Notes: generated by a model from the sequence alone, not told the origin. Positions 1 to 13,212 are shown, numbered from the whole stretch's first letter. The stretch: DNA of 63,920 nt, filler included, from Octopus bimaculoides (GCF_001194135.2; 5 parts of 5 records of this genome joined end to end with filler, not necessarily neighbours in it), one strand, 5' to 3'. A program made the numbers and translations.

Positions 1-239
1 TAAAAGAGAAGAAAAAAAAGAAGAGAATAAGATGGGAGAGAAAAAGGAAGGAATTCAGAAACGGAAGAAAAAGACTGTAAGATAGGAATATGTAAGGGAA
101 GACCGGGTGAAGAAAGGAAGACTGGAAGGAAGCTTGGAAGAAGGATTTTGCGGGGAGAGAGAAGAAGAAGAATAGGAGGAGGAGGAAATACCGAGGAAGG
201 GGTGTGAGAAAAAGAAGTAAATATAGATAACAGAGATAT

Positions 240-478
240 TTATTTCTTTTATTGCTCACAGGGGGAGAAGGCTAAACATAGAGGGGACAAACAAGGACAG
301 GTAAAGGGATTAAGTCGATTACATTGATGCCAGTGAGTAACTGGTACTTATTTAATCGACCTCGAAAGGATGAAAGACAAAGTCGACCTCAGCGGAATTT
401 GAACTCGGAACGCAACAGCAGGCGAAATACCGCTAAGCATTTCGTCCGGCGTGCTAACGTTTCTGCCAACACGCCGCT
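240..478 (-). mobile_element. tRNA-derived SINE, family B (GGCGGCGAGCTGGCAGAA... head), near full length
   Basis: Reverse complement matches the + copy at 44821-45049 and the - copy at 37286-37520: head, GAGTTCAAATTCC B-box, CTTTCATCCTTTCGGGGTCGAT central block, A-rich end. Confidence 0.85.
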
Positions 479-1765
479 TTAGGTAAAAGAAATATTGAAA
501 GAATACAGAGAATAGAATGTCGCACCGACAGATAGATAGAGAGAAAGAGAGCGAATGGGGGGATGAGTGAGTGGGTGAGTGAAAGTAAAGATAGTAAAGG
601 GAGGAATAGAGATACATACATATATACATAATAGTAGGAAAAAATGAAAAGAATGGAAAAAGAGGGTGAAGGAGATAAGAAGAGACATTGTTAGATTCAT
701 TGTTAGAAAGAGAAACATGGTTCAACCCTCCCTACAACATACACGTAATCACATTAGCAAGGAATTTCCTGGCTTTGTAAAATGAACAACCATTCATAAA
801 TATTGCAATCACTTTAACAGGGCATGGTTGGGGTTAGTTACATTTGCCTGGGTAGCATTACTTCCCAAATCTCCATAAACTATTCCCCCTTTTGTTATGT
901 TTTTCCACAGCAATAGGAAAACTTTCCAGTTTTATATAACTGGTAGCAATCCCCACCGCTGCCAGTTGCAGTACACGGTGCTCAAGATAGAAGCAAAAGT
1001 GTAACATATTTGAATGACTTTCATGAGGCAGATGATCCATTCTCATAGATTTTCTCTTCTTTACACCCCACCCGTCTGCTGTAAGCTATTCACAAATATT
1101 CCCAGTGTGCATCTTTAATGCCATTCTAATCCACAGCCAACAATGCAACGGCTGCGCCATAACTGTTTAGGTAAGAACCCTGCTTTGTAACTACGTGATA
1201 TCATGTTCAATTCTGCTAGACAGCACCTTGGACAGGTGCCTCGGATATAGAAACAAATCTTGGGTGACTGATTTTTATCATTGCCTCGGTCTGACCCAAG
1301 TTTTGAGAAAAAAATTACTGAGAAAGTAACTGTCTGACTGACTGTACTCGTAATTTAAATCTGCAGCCTTGATTCTTTTGTGCCATTAGATTAAAGCGGT
1401 ACGTGCCTGTAGAATGTTCGGCCGCTTTCGGTTCAATTCAAGGAGCAGGCAGTGCTGTTGTTTGCACAAATAAAAACTCATCGTCGAAAGTGACAGGGAG
1501 TCATTTATCCACAAGCCCGCGCACACATATCTGTATGGCTACACATACATTCACGCACCTACTAACATACATTGGAGTTGCAAACGAGAAAGAAAGTACT
1601 CAATGCAGGTGCAAGAGTATATTCGTTTTACTTTTATCATCCAGTAACATAGCTTAAAACTATCCACCTCACGCAACAGAGTTCGGTCCGATTACCAATT
1701 TAATCATCGATTCCTAAATGATACAAGAGTTTGTATTCATTACATTATATTAGAGATGGTCATAA

Positions 1766-1980
1766 GGTAGCGAGCTGGTAGAAACGTTAGCACGCCGGAC
1801 AAAATGCTTAGCAGCATATCGTCCGTCTTAACGCTCTGAGTTCAAATGCTAATGGGGCCAACTTTGCCATTCTTCCTTTCGGAGTCGATGAATGAAGTAC
1901 CAGTTGAGCTCTGAAGTCGATGTAATAGATTATCTCTAATCCCCCAAATTTCAGGCTTTGTGCCTATTGTAGAAAGGAAT
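1766..1980 (+). mobile_element. Family B SINE variant (alternative 3' end)
   Basis: Head GGTAGCGAGCTGGTAGAAACGTTAGCACGCCGG, GAGTTCAAAT box and AAGTACCAGTTG block; the 3' end AAATTTCAGGCTTTGTGCCTATTGTAGAAAGG is shared with 63420-63815. Confidence 0.75.
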
Positions 1981-2162
1981 ATGTGTGGTGGTCATGGGAA
2001 GTGATAAACCATCAATGGTGAAAAGCAATGACTTCCGGGAAAGCTAAATGTGAGAAGAAAAAGAAGGAAAATGAAAGAGAAAGCTTAAGAAGAAGAAAAA
2101 GAAGAAGGAAAATGAAAGAGAAAGCTTATTGCAGGGTAAAGGTGAAGAAATCGAAACCTTGC

Positions 2163-2454
2163 TTCTTTTATTCTTTTATTTGTTTCAGTGATTAGACTGC
2201 GGCCATGCTGGGGCACCACCTTGAAGAATTTTAGTTGAATGAAGCGACCCTAATACATATTTTCTTTTTAAGCCAGGTACTTATTCTGTCAGTGTCCTTT
2301 GCTGAAGCGCTAAGTTAAGGGGACATAAAGCACCAACACCGGTTGCCAAGTGGTGTGGGTGGGAGACAAACACAGACAGAAAGACACACACACATATACA
2401 TATGAGTGTATATTACTCTTTATATATATATATATAAATACACACACACACACT

Positions 2455-2549
<95 letters not shown>

Positions 2550-2713
2550 ACACGATGGGCCTATTTCAGTCTCCATGTACCAAAGCCGATCACAAGGTTT
2601 TGGTAGACCCGAGGTTATAGTAGGAGACACTTGCCCAAGGTACCAGACAGTAGGACTGATCCCGGAACCATGTGGTTGAAAGTCAAACTTCTTGTCACAC
2701 AGCCATGTCTGCG
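2163..2713 (-). mobile_element. tRNA-derived SINE, family C, with expanded internal (TA)n/(TG)n
   Basis: Collinear with the + copy at 26722-27148 (GGCTGTGTG head, CCTTGGGCAAGTGTC block, internal microsatellite, CCAGCATGGCCGCAG tail). Confidence 0.8.
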
Positions 2714-2739
2714 CCTATAAGAAGAAATTTCAAATGTAC

Positions 2740-2856
2740 GTGTATATGTGTGGCTCTAGTTCGGTAAAGTTGGTGCTTCTCAATTCCGTAACAGAGACTT
2801 TCCGAAGTGTCTGCTTTTCACAAACAACTCTGATGTAGTGCTTAAGTAGTTTATAC
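2740..2856 (-). CDS. Candidate internal exon of an unidentified minus-strand gene (YKLLKHYIRVVCEKQTLRKVSVTELRSTNFTELEPHIY)
   Basis: Strong acceptor (ttatttgctttacag), donor gtacat, 117 nt, only the phase-2 frame is open; phase-compatible with 6374-6427. No homology recognised. Confidence 0.35.
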
Positions 2857-3292
2857 CTGTAAAGCAAATAATCAGCCTTCGTCACGTTGAATGCCTCAAC
2901 CACTTGGACTGAGGTTTCATGACAAGGTAGTTTAGTTCATCATTTAAGTGGAATATTCATTGCTAAAAGAGAGGGAGGGTCCATCATCAGGTTGCTTGGT
3001 GGTGGGGTACCAAGATAGATGAGTGGTCTATGAATTCAGTAAAATCCCAAGAAACTGACAACAAAAACTAAAAAGAGAATGAAATAACGCAAAATATCAT
3101 AATTAGGTGGTGATGTTGAGAAGTGGTGGAGGTGAGATGTGTGTTTGGGGTTAAGACTTTGTTCAAGCAAAAATATTTAGGTTTCAATAGGGGTGGAGAA
3201 TGAAGAAGGGATTGGCGCAAACTTTATTTGTAATAATTGTTTATTGAAATGCTTGATCTTTTGTTATTACCGAGAGATTATTATTTCTCATC

Positions 3293-3295
<3 letters not shown>

Positions 3296-3331
<36 letters not shown>

Positions 3332-4069
3332 NNNNNNNNNNNNNNNNNNNNNNNNNNNNNNNNNNNNNNNNNNNNNNNNNNNNNNNNNNNNNNNNNNNNN
3401 NNNNNNNNNNNNNNNNNNNNNNNNNNNNNNNNNNNNNNNNNNNNNNNNNNNNNNNNNNNNNNNNNNNNNNNNNNNNNNNNNNNNNNNNNNNNNNNNNNNN
3501 NNNNNNNNNNNNNNNNNNNNNNNNNNNNNNNNNNNNNNNNNNNNNNNNNNNNNNNNNNNNNNNNNNNNNNNNNNNNNNNNNNNNNNNNNNNNNNNNNNNN
3601 NNNNNNNNNNNNNNNNNNNNNNNNNNNNNNNNNNNNNNNNNNNNNNNNNNNNNNNNNNNNNNNNNNNNNNNNNNNNNNNNNNNNNNNNNNNNNNNNNNNN
3701 NNNNNNNNNNNNNNNNNNNNNNNNNNNNNNNNNNNNNNNNNNNNNNNNNNNNNNNNNNNNNNNNNNNNNNNNNNNNNNNNNNNNNNNNNNNNNNNNNNNN
3801 NNNNNNNNNNNNNNNNNNNNNNNNNNNNNNNNNNNNNNNNNNNNNNNNNNNNNNNNNNNNNNNNNNNNNNNNNNNNNNNNNNNNNNNNNNNNNNNNNNNN
3901 NNNNNNNNNNNNNNNNNNNNNNNNNNNNNNNNNNNNNNNNNNNNNNNNNNNNNNNNNNNNNNNNNNNNNNNNNNNNNNNNNNNNNNNNNNNNNNNNNNNN
4001 NNNNNNNNNNNNATAAATGATTATGAATAGACAGACAGACAGACAGACACACAGGCATGCAGACAAAAC

Positions 4070-4128
<59 letters not shown>

Positions 4129-6069
4129 CAGACACACAGACACACAGACACAGACAGACACACAGACAGACAGACACGCAGACAGACAGACACACAGACA
4201 CAGGCAGGCAGGCAGGCAGACAGACAGAGACAGAGATTGACAGAAAGATAGAAAAAGAAAGAAAGAAAAAAGAAAGAATGGGAACAATTTATTGAACGTC
4301 TTAAAAGATCGATAATGAATCACTGACTGTCATGTCGGGTGTGGTGTGAGGAAGGGGAGAGGGAGAGGGTGAAAGGGGACAGTGGGTAGTGGTGTGGGGG
4401 TTGCGGTGGTACGAGGCNNNNNNNNNNNNNNNNNNNNNNNNNNNNNNNNNNNNNNNNNNNNNNNNNNNNNNNNNNNNNNNNNNNNNNNNNNNNNNNNNNN
4501 NNNNNNNNNNNNNNNNNNNNNNNNNNNNNNNNNNNNNNNNNNNNNNNNNNNNNNNNNNNNNNNNNNNNNNNNNNNNNNNNNNNNNNNNNNNNNNNNNNNN
4601 NNNNNNNNNNNNNNNNNNNNNNNNNNNNNNNNNNNNNNNNNNNNNNNNNNNNNNNNNNNNNNNNNNNNNNNNNNNNNNNNNNNNNNNNNNNNNNNNNNNN
4701 NNNNNNNNNNNNNNNNNNNNNNNNNNNNNNNNNNNNNNNNNNNNNNNNNNNNNNNNNNNNNNNNNNNNNNNNNNNNNNNNNNNNNNNNNNNNNNNNNNNN
4801 NNNNNNNNNNNNNNNNNNNNNNNNNNNNNNNNNNNNNNNNNNNNNNNNNNNNNNNNNNNNNNNNNNNNNNNNNNNNNNNNNNNNNNNNNNNNNNNNNNNN
4901 NNNNNNNNNNNNNNNNNNNNNNNNNNNNNNNNNNNNNNNNNNNNNNNNNNNNNNNNNNNNNNNNNNNNNNNNNNNNNNNNNNNNNNNNNNNNNNNNNNNN
5001 NNNNNNNNNNNNNNNNNNNNNNNNNNNNNNNNNNNNNNNNNNNNNNNNNNNNNNNNNNNNNNNNNNNNNNNNNNNNNNNNNNNNNNNNNNNNNNNNNNNN
5101 NNNNNNNNNNNNNNNNNNNNNNNNNNNNNNNNNNNNNNNNNNNNNNNNNNNNNNNNNNNNNNNNNNNNNNNNNNNNNNNNNNNNNNNNNNNNNNNNNNNN
5201 NNNNNNNNNNNNNNNNNNNNNNNNNNNNNNNNNNNNNNNNNNNNNNNNNNNNNNNNNNNNNNNNNNNNNNNNNNNNNNNNNNNNNNNNNNNNNNNNNNNN
5301 NNNNNNNNNNNNNNNNNNNNNNNNNNNNNNNNNNNNNNNNNNNNNNNNNNNNNNNNNNNNNNNNNNNNNNNNNNNNNNNNNNNNNNNNNNNNGGTGGTGG
5401 TGGTGGTGGTGGTGTGTTGAGGAGGGGATAGTGTTGAATGTAGCAATGTAGTGGAAGTAATATGTCAACTGATGAATGGACGGAGAGAGAGAGATAAGGA
5501 GAGATAGATAAGTAGAGATAGATAAGGAGAGAGAGAGAGAGAGAGAGAGAAGGACAGATAGAGATGGAGAGAGACAGAGAGCGAAGGAAAGAAAGAAAGA
5601 ATGAAAGAAAGAAAGAATGAAAGAAAGAAAGAAAGAAAGAAAGAAAGAAGGAAAGAAAGAAAGAAAGCTAGGAAGAAAAACAAAAAGAAAGATAAGAATG
5701 AGAGAAAGAGAGAGATGGACAGACAGACAGACAGACAGGCAAATAGAGAGGGAGAGAGAGAAAAAGGGAGGGAGAGAGAGAGAAAAAAAAGGGAGAGAGG
5801 GAGAGAGAGAATGATGGCAGACAGACAGAAAGGTAGAGAGAGAGGGAAAGACAGAAAGAGTGATGGACAAACAGATAGAGACAAAGACAAACAGACAAAC
5901 AGGCAAACAGACAAATAGAGAGAGAGAGGGGGGAGAGAGGAAGACAGAGAGAGTGATGGCGAACAGACAGAAAGGTAGAGAGAGGGACAGGATAAGTCAG
6001 AGAGACTGATGGACAGAGAGACGGGGACAGAGAGACGGGGACAGAGACAGACAGAAAAATCAGACAAAT

Positions 6070-6117
<48 letters not shown>

Positions 6118-6120
6118 ACA
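3296..6120. repeat. Microsatellite/low-complexity block: (TG)n, (AGAT)n, (AGAC)n, (GAAA)n, (AG)n, around two large gaps
   Basis: Directly visible simple repeats; N runs at about 3332-4012 and 4418-5392. Confidence 0.95.
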
Positions 6121-6373
6121 AATAAATATGTCTGCCCGGATCAATAGCTGAATGGACTGGCAATCAGTGAGTGGAATGTTCGGATGATCGACTGGATCAA
6201 ATGATGGATGAATGGAAACCGGGTAGCAGGAAAGGATGGGCAGTGAAACGGGTGAATTAGGGGTAGATGGTGGGTGGTTTGATGGTATGCATGCTTGCCC
6301 CATCATGGCAAAAGATGGGGCATCTGGTTGAGTCACTCGGTTCACAATTGACTGCTGGGAACATGGAATTTAC

Positions 6374-6427
6374 ATTAAGACAACGAACTCCCCCTGGCGG
6401 CCGACGTGGTCGTGCATCGACATCAAG
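6374..6427 (-). CDS. Candidate 54-nt exon of an unidentified minus-strand gene (LMSMHDHVGRQGEFVVL in phase 2)
   Basis: Acceptor gtatgttttattacag, donor gtaaat, locally CpG-rich; two frames open; phase 2 joins in frame to 2740-2856. Confidence 0.35.
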
Positions 6428-6629
6428 CTGTAATAAAACATACTCTGCCCACCACTCACGTGACACAATATGTAGACCACACGCGCGCGCACACACACAC
6501 ATACACACATCACACACATTCTGTCTCATGCATATATGCCTTTAGTCACGCATAAGTGTATGCGTATACATACATCGTAGTTATATGTATGCGTGTGTGT
6601 GTATGTATATATCTATATATGTGTACCAG

Positions 6630-6669
<40 letters not shown>

Positions 6670-6999
6670 TTATTATGTGTACCATCTTTATATATATGTG
6701 TGTGTGTGTGTGTGTGCTTATGTGATATGATATGATCTATATCATTGTTATTATGCAAAAGTGTCGTAAGACCGAAACGTTGCTTTTTCAGAAAACGAAA
6801 AAATAGNNNNNNNNNNAGAGAGAGAGAGAGAGAGACAGAGAGAGACAGAGATTCATGTATCTATTTATGTGTATATTATATAAATATATATACATATTCA
6901 TTTTATATATACTTATATGTGTGTGCGTGTATGCGCGCACATGTGTGTGTGTGTGTGTATCCTCATGTATGTATGTATTTATGTATGTATGTCAGAATT

Positions 7000-7345
7000 C
7001 AATTTTATTTCAAGAACTCTTGCGAAGAGGAAATGAGCCGGTTTCTATCCTAGATCCAAGGCTCCTTCATTGGAATTTCAACATCAGACACAATGTACTT
7101 TTGCATGTATATGTGTACATGTGTGTGTGTGTGTGCGTGTGTGTATGTGTCCCGTTTTCTGAGCATGTTCTACTTTCTTCATTGTCTACATTCGTGCGGT
7201 CTCATCTTTCAGTCGCTTCTATTTCTCAATCATTTTTACTTCTTTGTCACCCACTAGTACATCCTCAGGTATGGCAACATCTATCATCTCCGCTTCCTTC
7301 ATCATTTAATCTACTACAACAATGTCTGGTCTCCGAGCATCAATC
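7000..7345 (-). mobile_element. RLE-type non-LTR retrotransposon 3' remnant (R4/Dong/NeSL-like endonuclease plus 3'UTR)
   Basis: Minus strand 7344-7165 reads IDARRPDIVVVD*MMKEAEMIDVAIPEDVLVGDKEVKMIEK*KRLKDETARM*TMKKV, a PD-(D/E)xK-type RLE domain with stops. The downstream GGAGCCTTG..GAAACCGGCTC block is shared with the 27960-28380 element. Confidence 0.8.
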
Positions 7346-7424
7346 GCTCTCTAGTCTCCGAACATCAATCACGCCTACTATTACCATTATCATTGTTATT
7401 ATTATTATGATTATTATTATTATT

Positions 7425-7457
<33 letters not shown>

Positions 7458-7609
7458 TTCATCATCATCATTATCATTTTTATTTTTAAAAACCTGTGTT
7501 ACTTGAGAGAAGTTTCGTTTTTACGATATTAACGTTTAAAGACACCGAACCGAACGCATTCAAGTTGAAAATATCTTCACGTAATAAACTTAATTGATAT
7601 ATAATTTAC

Positions 7610-7711
7610 TTAGACGCTCCATTTTCTTAATACTGATTATATGCAATTTTATGCAAGAAACAAAACGAGAGACAAAAAACACGTCGCGCTGCAACGCCGC
7701 CATATTCATTC
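7610..7711 (-). promoter_or_regulatory. Putative promoter/first exon of a minus-strand gene (YY1-type GCCGCCATATT, ATGGCGGCG)
   Basis: CpG-rich ACGTCGCGCTGCAACGCCGCCAT in AT-rich DNA. The minus strand reads aatATGGCGGCG... with a possible donor CTAA|gtaaat at 7610. Truncated by the gap. Confidence 0.45.
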
Positions 7712-7811
7712 NNNNNNNNNNNNNNNNNNNNNNNNNNNNNNNNNNNNNNNNNNNNTTAATTAATTAANNNNNNNNNNNNNNNNNNNNNNNNNNNNNNNNN
7801 NNNNNNNNNNN
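7712..7811. other. Assembly linker N44-TTAATTAATTAA-N44
   Basis: Exactly 100 bp; identical structure at 33359-33458, 56396-56495 and 58781-58880. Confidence 0.95.
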
Positions 7812-8256
7812 ATATATATATATATATATATATAAATTTCCCAACAACATAACCATGTCTGTTACTACATGTCATAAACGTACAGTTGTCTCATTTCAGG
7901 CAATAATCATCTGACAAGTTCAAGCAATTATCACGTGTCCATGTGCACAACGTAATCATGTAATTTTGGTATTTTTTAAATTCATTATCTTGATCAAGTT
8001 TATAATCACTCAAGTACATTTTCACAGATTTCTGTAATATAACATTTCTATTTGTAATTAGCCAGAAGTTTAATTAACAATTACAATAGTTAATTATCTT
8101 TGGAAAATTTAACTTATTAATCTTTGTTATGATATAATTGATTTTGCTATGAATATATCATATCTAAAGTCATAAAATACTTCTCTAGCTGCAAAATAAT
8201 CATTTACAACTCATGTATTTATGCATTTGTTTAATAGATAAGTCAACAGGGGCAAG

Positions 8257-8748
8257 GACAGTGCTTCAAAACATCCCAGTAGAACTCTCAATTGCTGGTC
8301 TGGTCCTGGAGGAGGAATTCCCGATGCTCAGTACCACATTTCTGGGGGTGACACTTATTGCAGGTCTTCCAGATCGTTCGTCATCTTTCAGGGATGTTCT
8401 TCCACTTTTGAAGAGCCTGTGCCACTTGAAACATTGTATACAACCAATTGCCTCATCTCTGTAAGCTTGCTGAAACATGCTCAATGTGTCTGTAGCAGAC
8501 TTCCGAAGTTTAACGCAAAATTTCACGTTGGTTCTTTGTTTCTGTCTTTGACAAACTCGCAAGATTACAGCATACATGCGATTACAAAAGTACAAAAATT
8601 TCACAAGCTGTAAAGTAAACACAGTGACATGACATGGCACACTGCCTCGTGAAGGTCACTGCTAGCTCTCACTGCACACACAACTATGGGCTGCCATCTG
8701 CTGGCATGCTACAGAACTAGGCCAGGAACGTTTTGATACCACCTTGTA
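8257..8748 (-). mobile_element. Internally deleted mariner transposon
   Basis: Minus ORF QRTNVKFCVKLRKSATDTLSMFQQAYRDEAIGCIQCFKWHRLFKSGRTSLKDDERSGRP is a mariner N-terminal HTH region. The TIR TACAAGGTGGTATCAAAACGTTCC ends at 8748 with TA; a degenerate counterpart lies near 8257. Confidence 0.85.
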
Positions 8749-9026
8749 CATGCTATCACAATGGAACAAATAATTTATGTACAAACAAATAATGTAAATT
8801 TGTGTTTATCATAATTGCTTCTAACTTTGCTTGTATATCATACTAAGTAATACACTATGGTAATGAGCTTTCCTGTTTCCTCTCTTTCGTCAACTTATTA
8901 AGATAGGGCTTTTTGTGGCTAATTGAGTCATTTTGGACGCTTGTTTCTAGCAATAGTGGTACTATTTTGTTCCCTTGTTTATAAATACATATATACATAT
9001 ATATACATATTTATATGTAAATGTAA

Positions 9027-9060
<34 letters not shown>

Positions 9061-9189
9061 AGAGACAGAGATACACATATATGTATTTATGATATTATAC
9101 TTGCTTCAGTATATTCTTTCTTTTGTAAAGATCATCCTCAACAAAACTATATCTCCTTAATCCATCCATCCATCCATCCATTTATCCAT

Positions 9190-9226
<37 letters not shown>

Positions 9227-9657
9227 TATTTAACAGCATAATTTTTAGAAACCTATAAAACAGACATGCACTAACAATGAGCATTATCAGTTAGAATCTA
9301 ACTCTACTTCCCACATAAAACATTTCTCTGTAAAACCATTTGATATTAATAGAAATAATCGACAGCAAAGTGTAAAATATGGGAGCATGTCAAGACCAGT
9401 CTAAGGGTAACCCTCAGACTAAACTAGAAGAATGTCAGCATAAGGTCAAACTTACTGCCTTGGAATTCAAATGAAATAAGAGAAATATTCTTGTGCTTAA
9501 ATTGTCCATGTTGTTGCTATTAATCGGAAAGAGTATTGACTGAATGTCTATTTTTGTACCAGAATAGTTAAGATAGAATATTTTGTCACATGGCAGTGAT
9601 ATTTACTCTGGCATTGTAAAATTGCTTTGCTTTTTATGTTAGTTTTGGTATAGGCAG

Positions 9658-9841
9658 CAGGCGCAATGTCTCAGTGGTTAGGACAGTGGACTCGCGGTCA
9701 GAGGATCGCGGTTTCGATTCCCAGACCAGGCGTTGTGAGTGTTTATAGAGCGAAAACACCTAAAGCTCCACGTGGCTCTGGCAGCGGATGGTGGCGAACC
9801 CTACTGTACTCTTTCACCACAACGTTCTCTCACTCTTACTA
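9658..9841 (+). mobile_element. tRNA-derived SINE family A, 5' half
   Basis: Matches the 5' half of 42225-42607 (A box TGTCTCAGTGG, B box GGTTTCGATTCCC); truncated at 9841. Confidence 0.85.
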
Positions 9842-12025
9842 GTCCCAGATATACTGTCTGAAAATAAGATGGGATCACCAGAAATGGAATGTCTTTGACC
9901 AGGAAAAGATACTTTGAATGATGTAGTCCCAGATACATTATGTCTGGAAATAAGATGAGATTGTTAGGATTTGCATGCCTATGATCATAGGCGAAAACAG
10001 AACAAGGCTGACCCATGATGAAATAACAACTAAACTCTTGTATCTTAATGCAAATAATAATAATAATATAAGGCATAACATTCCTCAATGTTGTGTTATT
10101 TTCTTCTTACTAGAAATTGTTATGCTGTTTTCTTCACACTAGAATAAAGTGGGTGTTTTATTTTGAAGGCAAAATTACTAGAAAAAATGAGAGGAGAGGA
10201 CACTAATAAAGCTATCAATAACTTATAGGTGATCAGTGTAAAGTCAACAAATGAATTAAAATTATATTTCCTTTTCGTGGGCCAAACACATGTCATTTCA
10301 AATTAATGAGACAAATTTATTTTTTCTTTTCTTTTTAAATCTATTTTCAAAAACACAAGAGATAGAAGAAAAGAAAAAAAAAGCCCCCTATGTACTCAAG
10401 TTATTTCGCAGAGAAAGCAATATTGTTGCAAAAAATAGATTCTTGTTTTCTAACTTTCCATTTTCCATTGAAAAACCCGTCCTGGAATATTGATGCAAAT
10501 CATTTTTAATTCAATAACATTTCTGTCTTGTGAGTGTAATTCTGACCAAATAGTGCTGATTGTACTTGCATGTGTAATTAAATGAAATTCATTAAATGAA
10601 ATTCATTATATATTTTTACTTTTGTTTTATATTGGTTTTTTCATCTATTTTTTTATTGAGATTTCATTGTAACTGGTTTACAAAAATTAGTCGAAGTTTC
10701 AAACTAAAAATATATTTGAACTTAATGACCATTCCATTCTAGTTTCCTGCACCATCAGGCTCTTAGACTAAAGAAGCATCTACACAGCCACAGCCATCTG
10801 GTCCATTAGAAATAGCAGTGAAATCTCCTCAACTCATATCCTTAATAAAAGTAGTCTTTAAAAACAGGAAATGATGGATATACAAAGAGACAGGTTAGTC
10901 ATTGATGGTTAAAATGTCTTTAATTAAAAGTCTGATCGACCAGAGTTGATCAGAAGCTAGATGAAAATATCAGCTGACTCTGTATTTTACAAATTCATTT
11001 TTCTATTTTCTTTTTTTATCCTTCCATATTTCTCCCCAGCTATCTCTATATATATATCTCATTTCTTTTTCTATTCTCCTAGACTGCACTGTAACTGGTT
11101 TTATTATTTAGTTTTTTTACTTTCATTACCTCTCATTCTGCTACAGCACATCGGCATCCTTCATCTCAGCTGATCCATAAATTAATGACATTATATTGGT
11201 GATGTACAAACTCTAAGCTTTCTTCACTTCATCTTTCTACTGAGTTGTTTCTACTTATTCACTTCTCTTGAATCTGTGGATTAAGATTCTTTATTTAATT
11301 TTTAGAATTACTTTCTTACCATCCTGGAAATCACTTGCAGGTTTACACTCTCTCTCTCCCCCTCTCTCTCTCTACCTCTCACATTCACTGCTTACCATTA
11401 TATCTCTTTCTTTTAGTATATCAATCTCTTTGACTCACTATTTCAATGTCCTACCTCTCTCTCTCTCTCTCTCTCTCACCATATTCGTCTCTCCTACACT
11501 ATCTCCACTTTTTCTCTCTCTTTATCACTCACTCCTTGTCTGTTTCTCACTCTATCTCATTCTGTTTCTCATAGTATTTATAATTTCCATATTTTCTCTC
11601 TCTCCCCGTACTCTCTCTCTCTTTCTCTCTCTTTCCCTTTATCTGTCTAACTATTCCTTACCCTCAATCTCTCACACTATATTAACAGTCATCTCTCTCT
11701 CACTCTCTCTTGCAGCATATTTATCTACACTCTATTGCTTCCCCCTCTCTCACTTTCTCTGTGCTCATGGAATCTTCAGAGCAAATATTTAAAAGTTGAA
11801 TTTCCATATTCACATCAAACCAATGCTACTCCGCTTCTAACACACAAGCACACACATGCATATACACATAGATACCCAATGCAAAAAAACACATACACCT
11901 ATACATTCTATTCTAACAATTTCTTTATCGACCAAATCAACAGTTCATATTATGCTTCATTTTCATACAGTTGTTATATTTACGCATGCATTTACAAACA
12001 CACATTTTAAAAACAGTTTCAAGTT

Positions 12026-12056
<31 letters not shown>

Positions 12057-12136
12057 TTAAAATTTGCCTTGCAACAGCAATTTGAAGTAACACATATAAC
12101 AATGTATTATATGTGTGTGTGTGTGTTTGTGTGTAA

Positions 12137-12300
12137 AGGAGTATGGCTCAGTGGTTAGAGCATCAAGTTTACGATTGCGAGGTTGTGATTTTGATTCCCA
12201 GACCGGGCTGCATGTTGTGTTCTTGAGCAAGACACTTTATTTCATGTTCCAGTTCACTCAGCTGTAGAATGTGCTGCGATGTCACTGGTGCCAAGCTGCT
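12137..12300 (+). mobile_element. Older tRNA-derived SINE (family D)
   Basis: TGGCTCAGTGGTTAGAGC A box, degenerate B box, then TGTGTTCTTGAGCAAGACAC; related copies at 38500-38780 and 57764-57915. Confidence 0.65.
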
Positions 12301-12771
12301 CAGACTTTCTTGGTGCAATCTGATGGTCATTCATGATTAAAGCGAGTCTTTACTCTTTATCAGGTTTATTACCCAGATGATATATTGTGTTGATGATATA
12401 TAAGTGTCGCCCCTTTAAAAGAGCCACCAGGAGTGAACTGCTCCTATTGTCCCTGCCTAAGCTACGCTAGTGTGCATATATGTATGTAGGTAAGCATGTT
12501 TCCTAAGTTACACATTCTTCAGTTAGACAGATTTATATAAATGCAGCAATAGTTATACCAACACAAGCATATTTCTTCTTAAGAATGATATTAATATTTT
12601 TCACCGACATATACTTCAATATTTAACATATGCTTTTACATATTCACATCCATAGACAACACATTCACTTACATTTATAATTGCATGTATTACTACCATT
12701 GTCTGTTCTCAATTCTGCACTCATATTTCCCCACATACATCAAACTGGGCATTTAATTCTTTGTTACTATT

Positions 12772-13212
12772 TATTTCTGTTCAATTACACTGCCTTTGTT
12801 TCAATTAATGGGGAAAGCAATAAAGAATTTAGTAAAACAACTTCAAATTATTAAACTGGTATTTAGAATATAAATTAACCTGAAATTTTGGTGGAAGGCT
12901 TTAATGGAAATTGCTTTAAAACAAGAAGTGTGAAACATAGAAGCAGTGGGTGTCTCACATGGCTTCATATCGAATAGGTTGACTTGACCTTCTGGTTACC
13001 ATATTTCTGTTAAAATATATTCATTTTGTTTCAGTTTATTTTCAAAATAATGAAGAAATTACTCAATAGCACTGACATTATTAAGCATTTGTTTGAAATG
13101 TAGATTAACAAGAAATTTCGATGCCAAATTTTAATTTAGATTCTTTTGAAACAGGAAAGATACATTATTCAACCATGGAAAGTTTCAGGCAGATTGGTAT
13201 CAAAAGTGTTAA
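12772..13212. repeat. Two tandem diverged copies of a ~215-bp AT-rich repeat (MITE-like)
   Basis: 12772-12982 and 12998-13212 align by eye (ATTTCTGTT...TTTGTTTCA...AAATTT...TTTAAT...AAACA(A/G)GAA...). Confidence 0.55.

Noticed and set aside
6755-6790. GACCGAAACGTTG resembling the 3' half of a hammerhead
   Set aside because: No CTGANGA box upstream.
9658-9735. tRNA-like sequences here and at 12137, 35880, 42530, 52400 and 57840
   Set aside because: They have A/B boxes but no complete cloverleaf and continue into repeat bodies; they are SINE heads, not tRNA genes.
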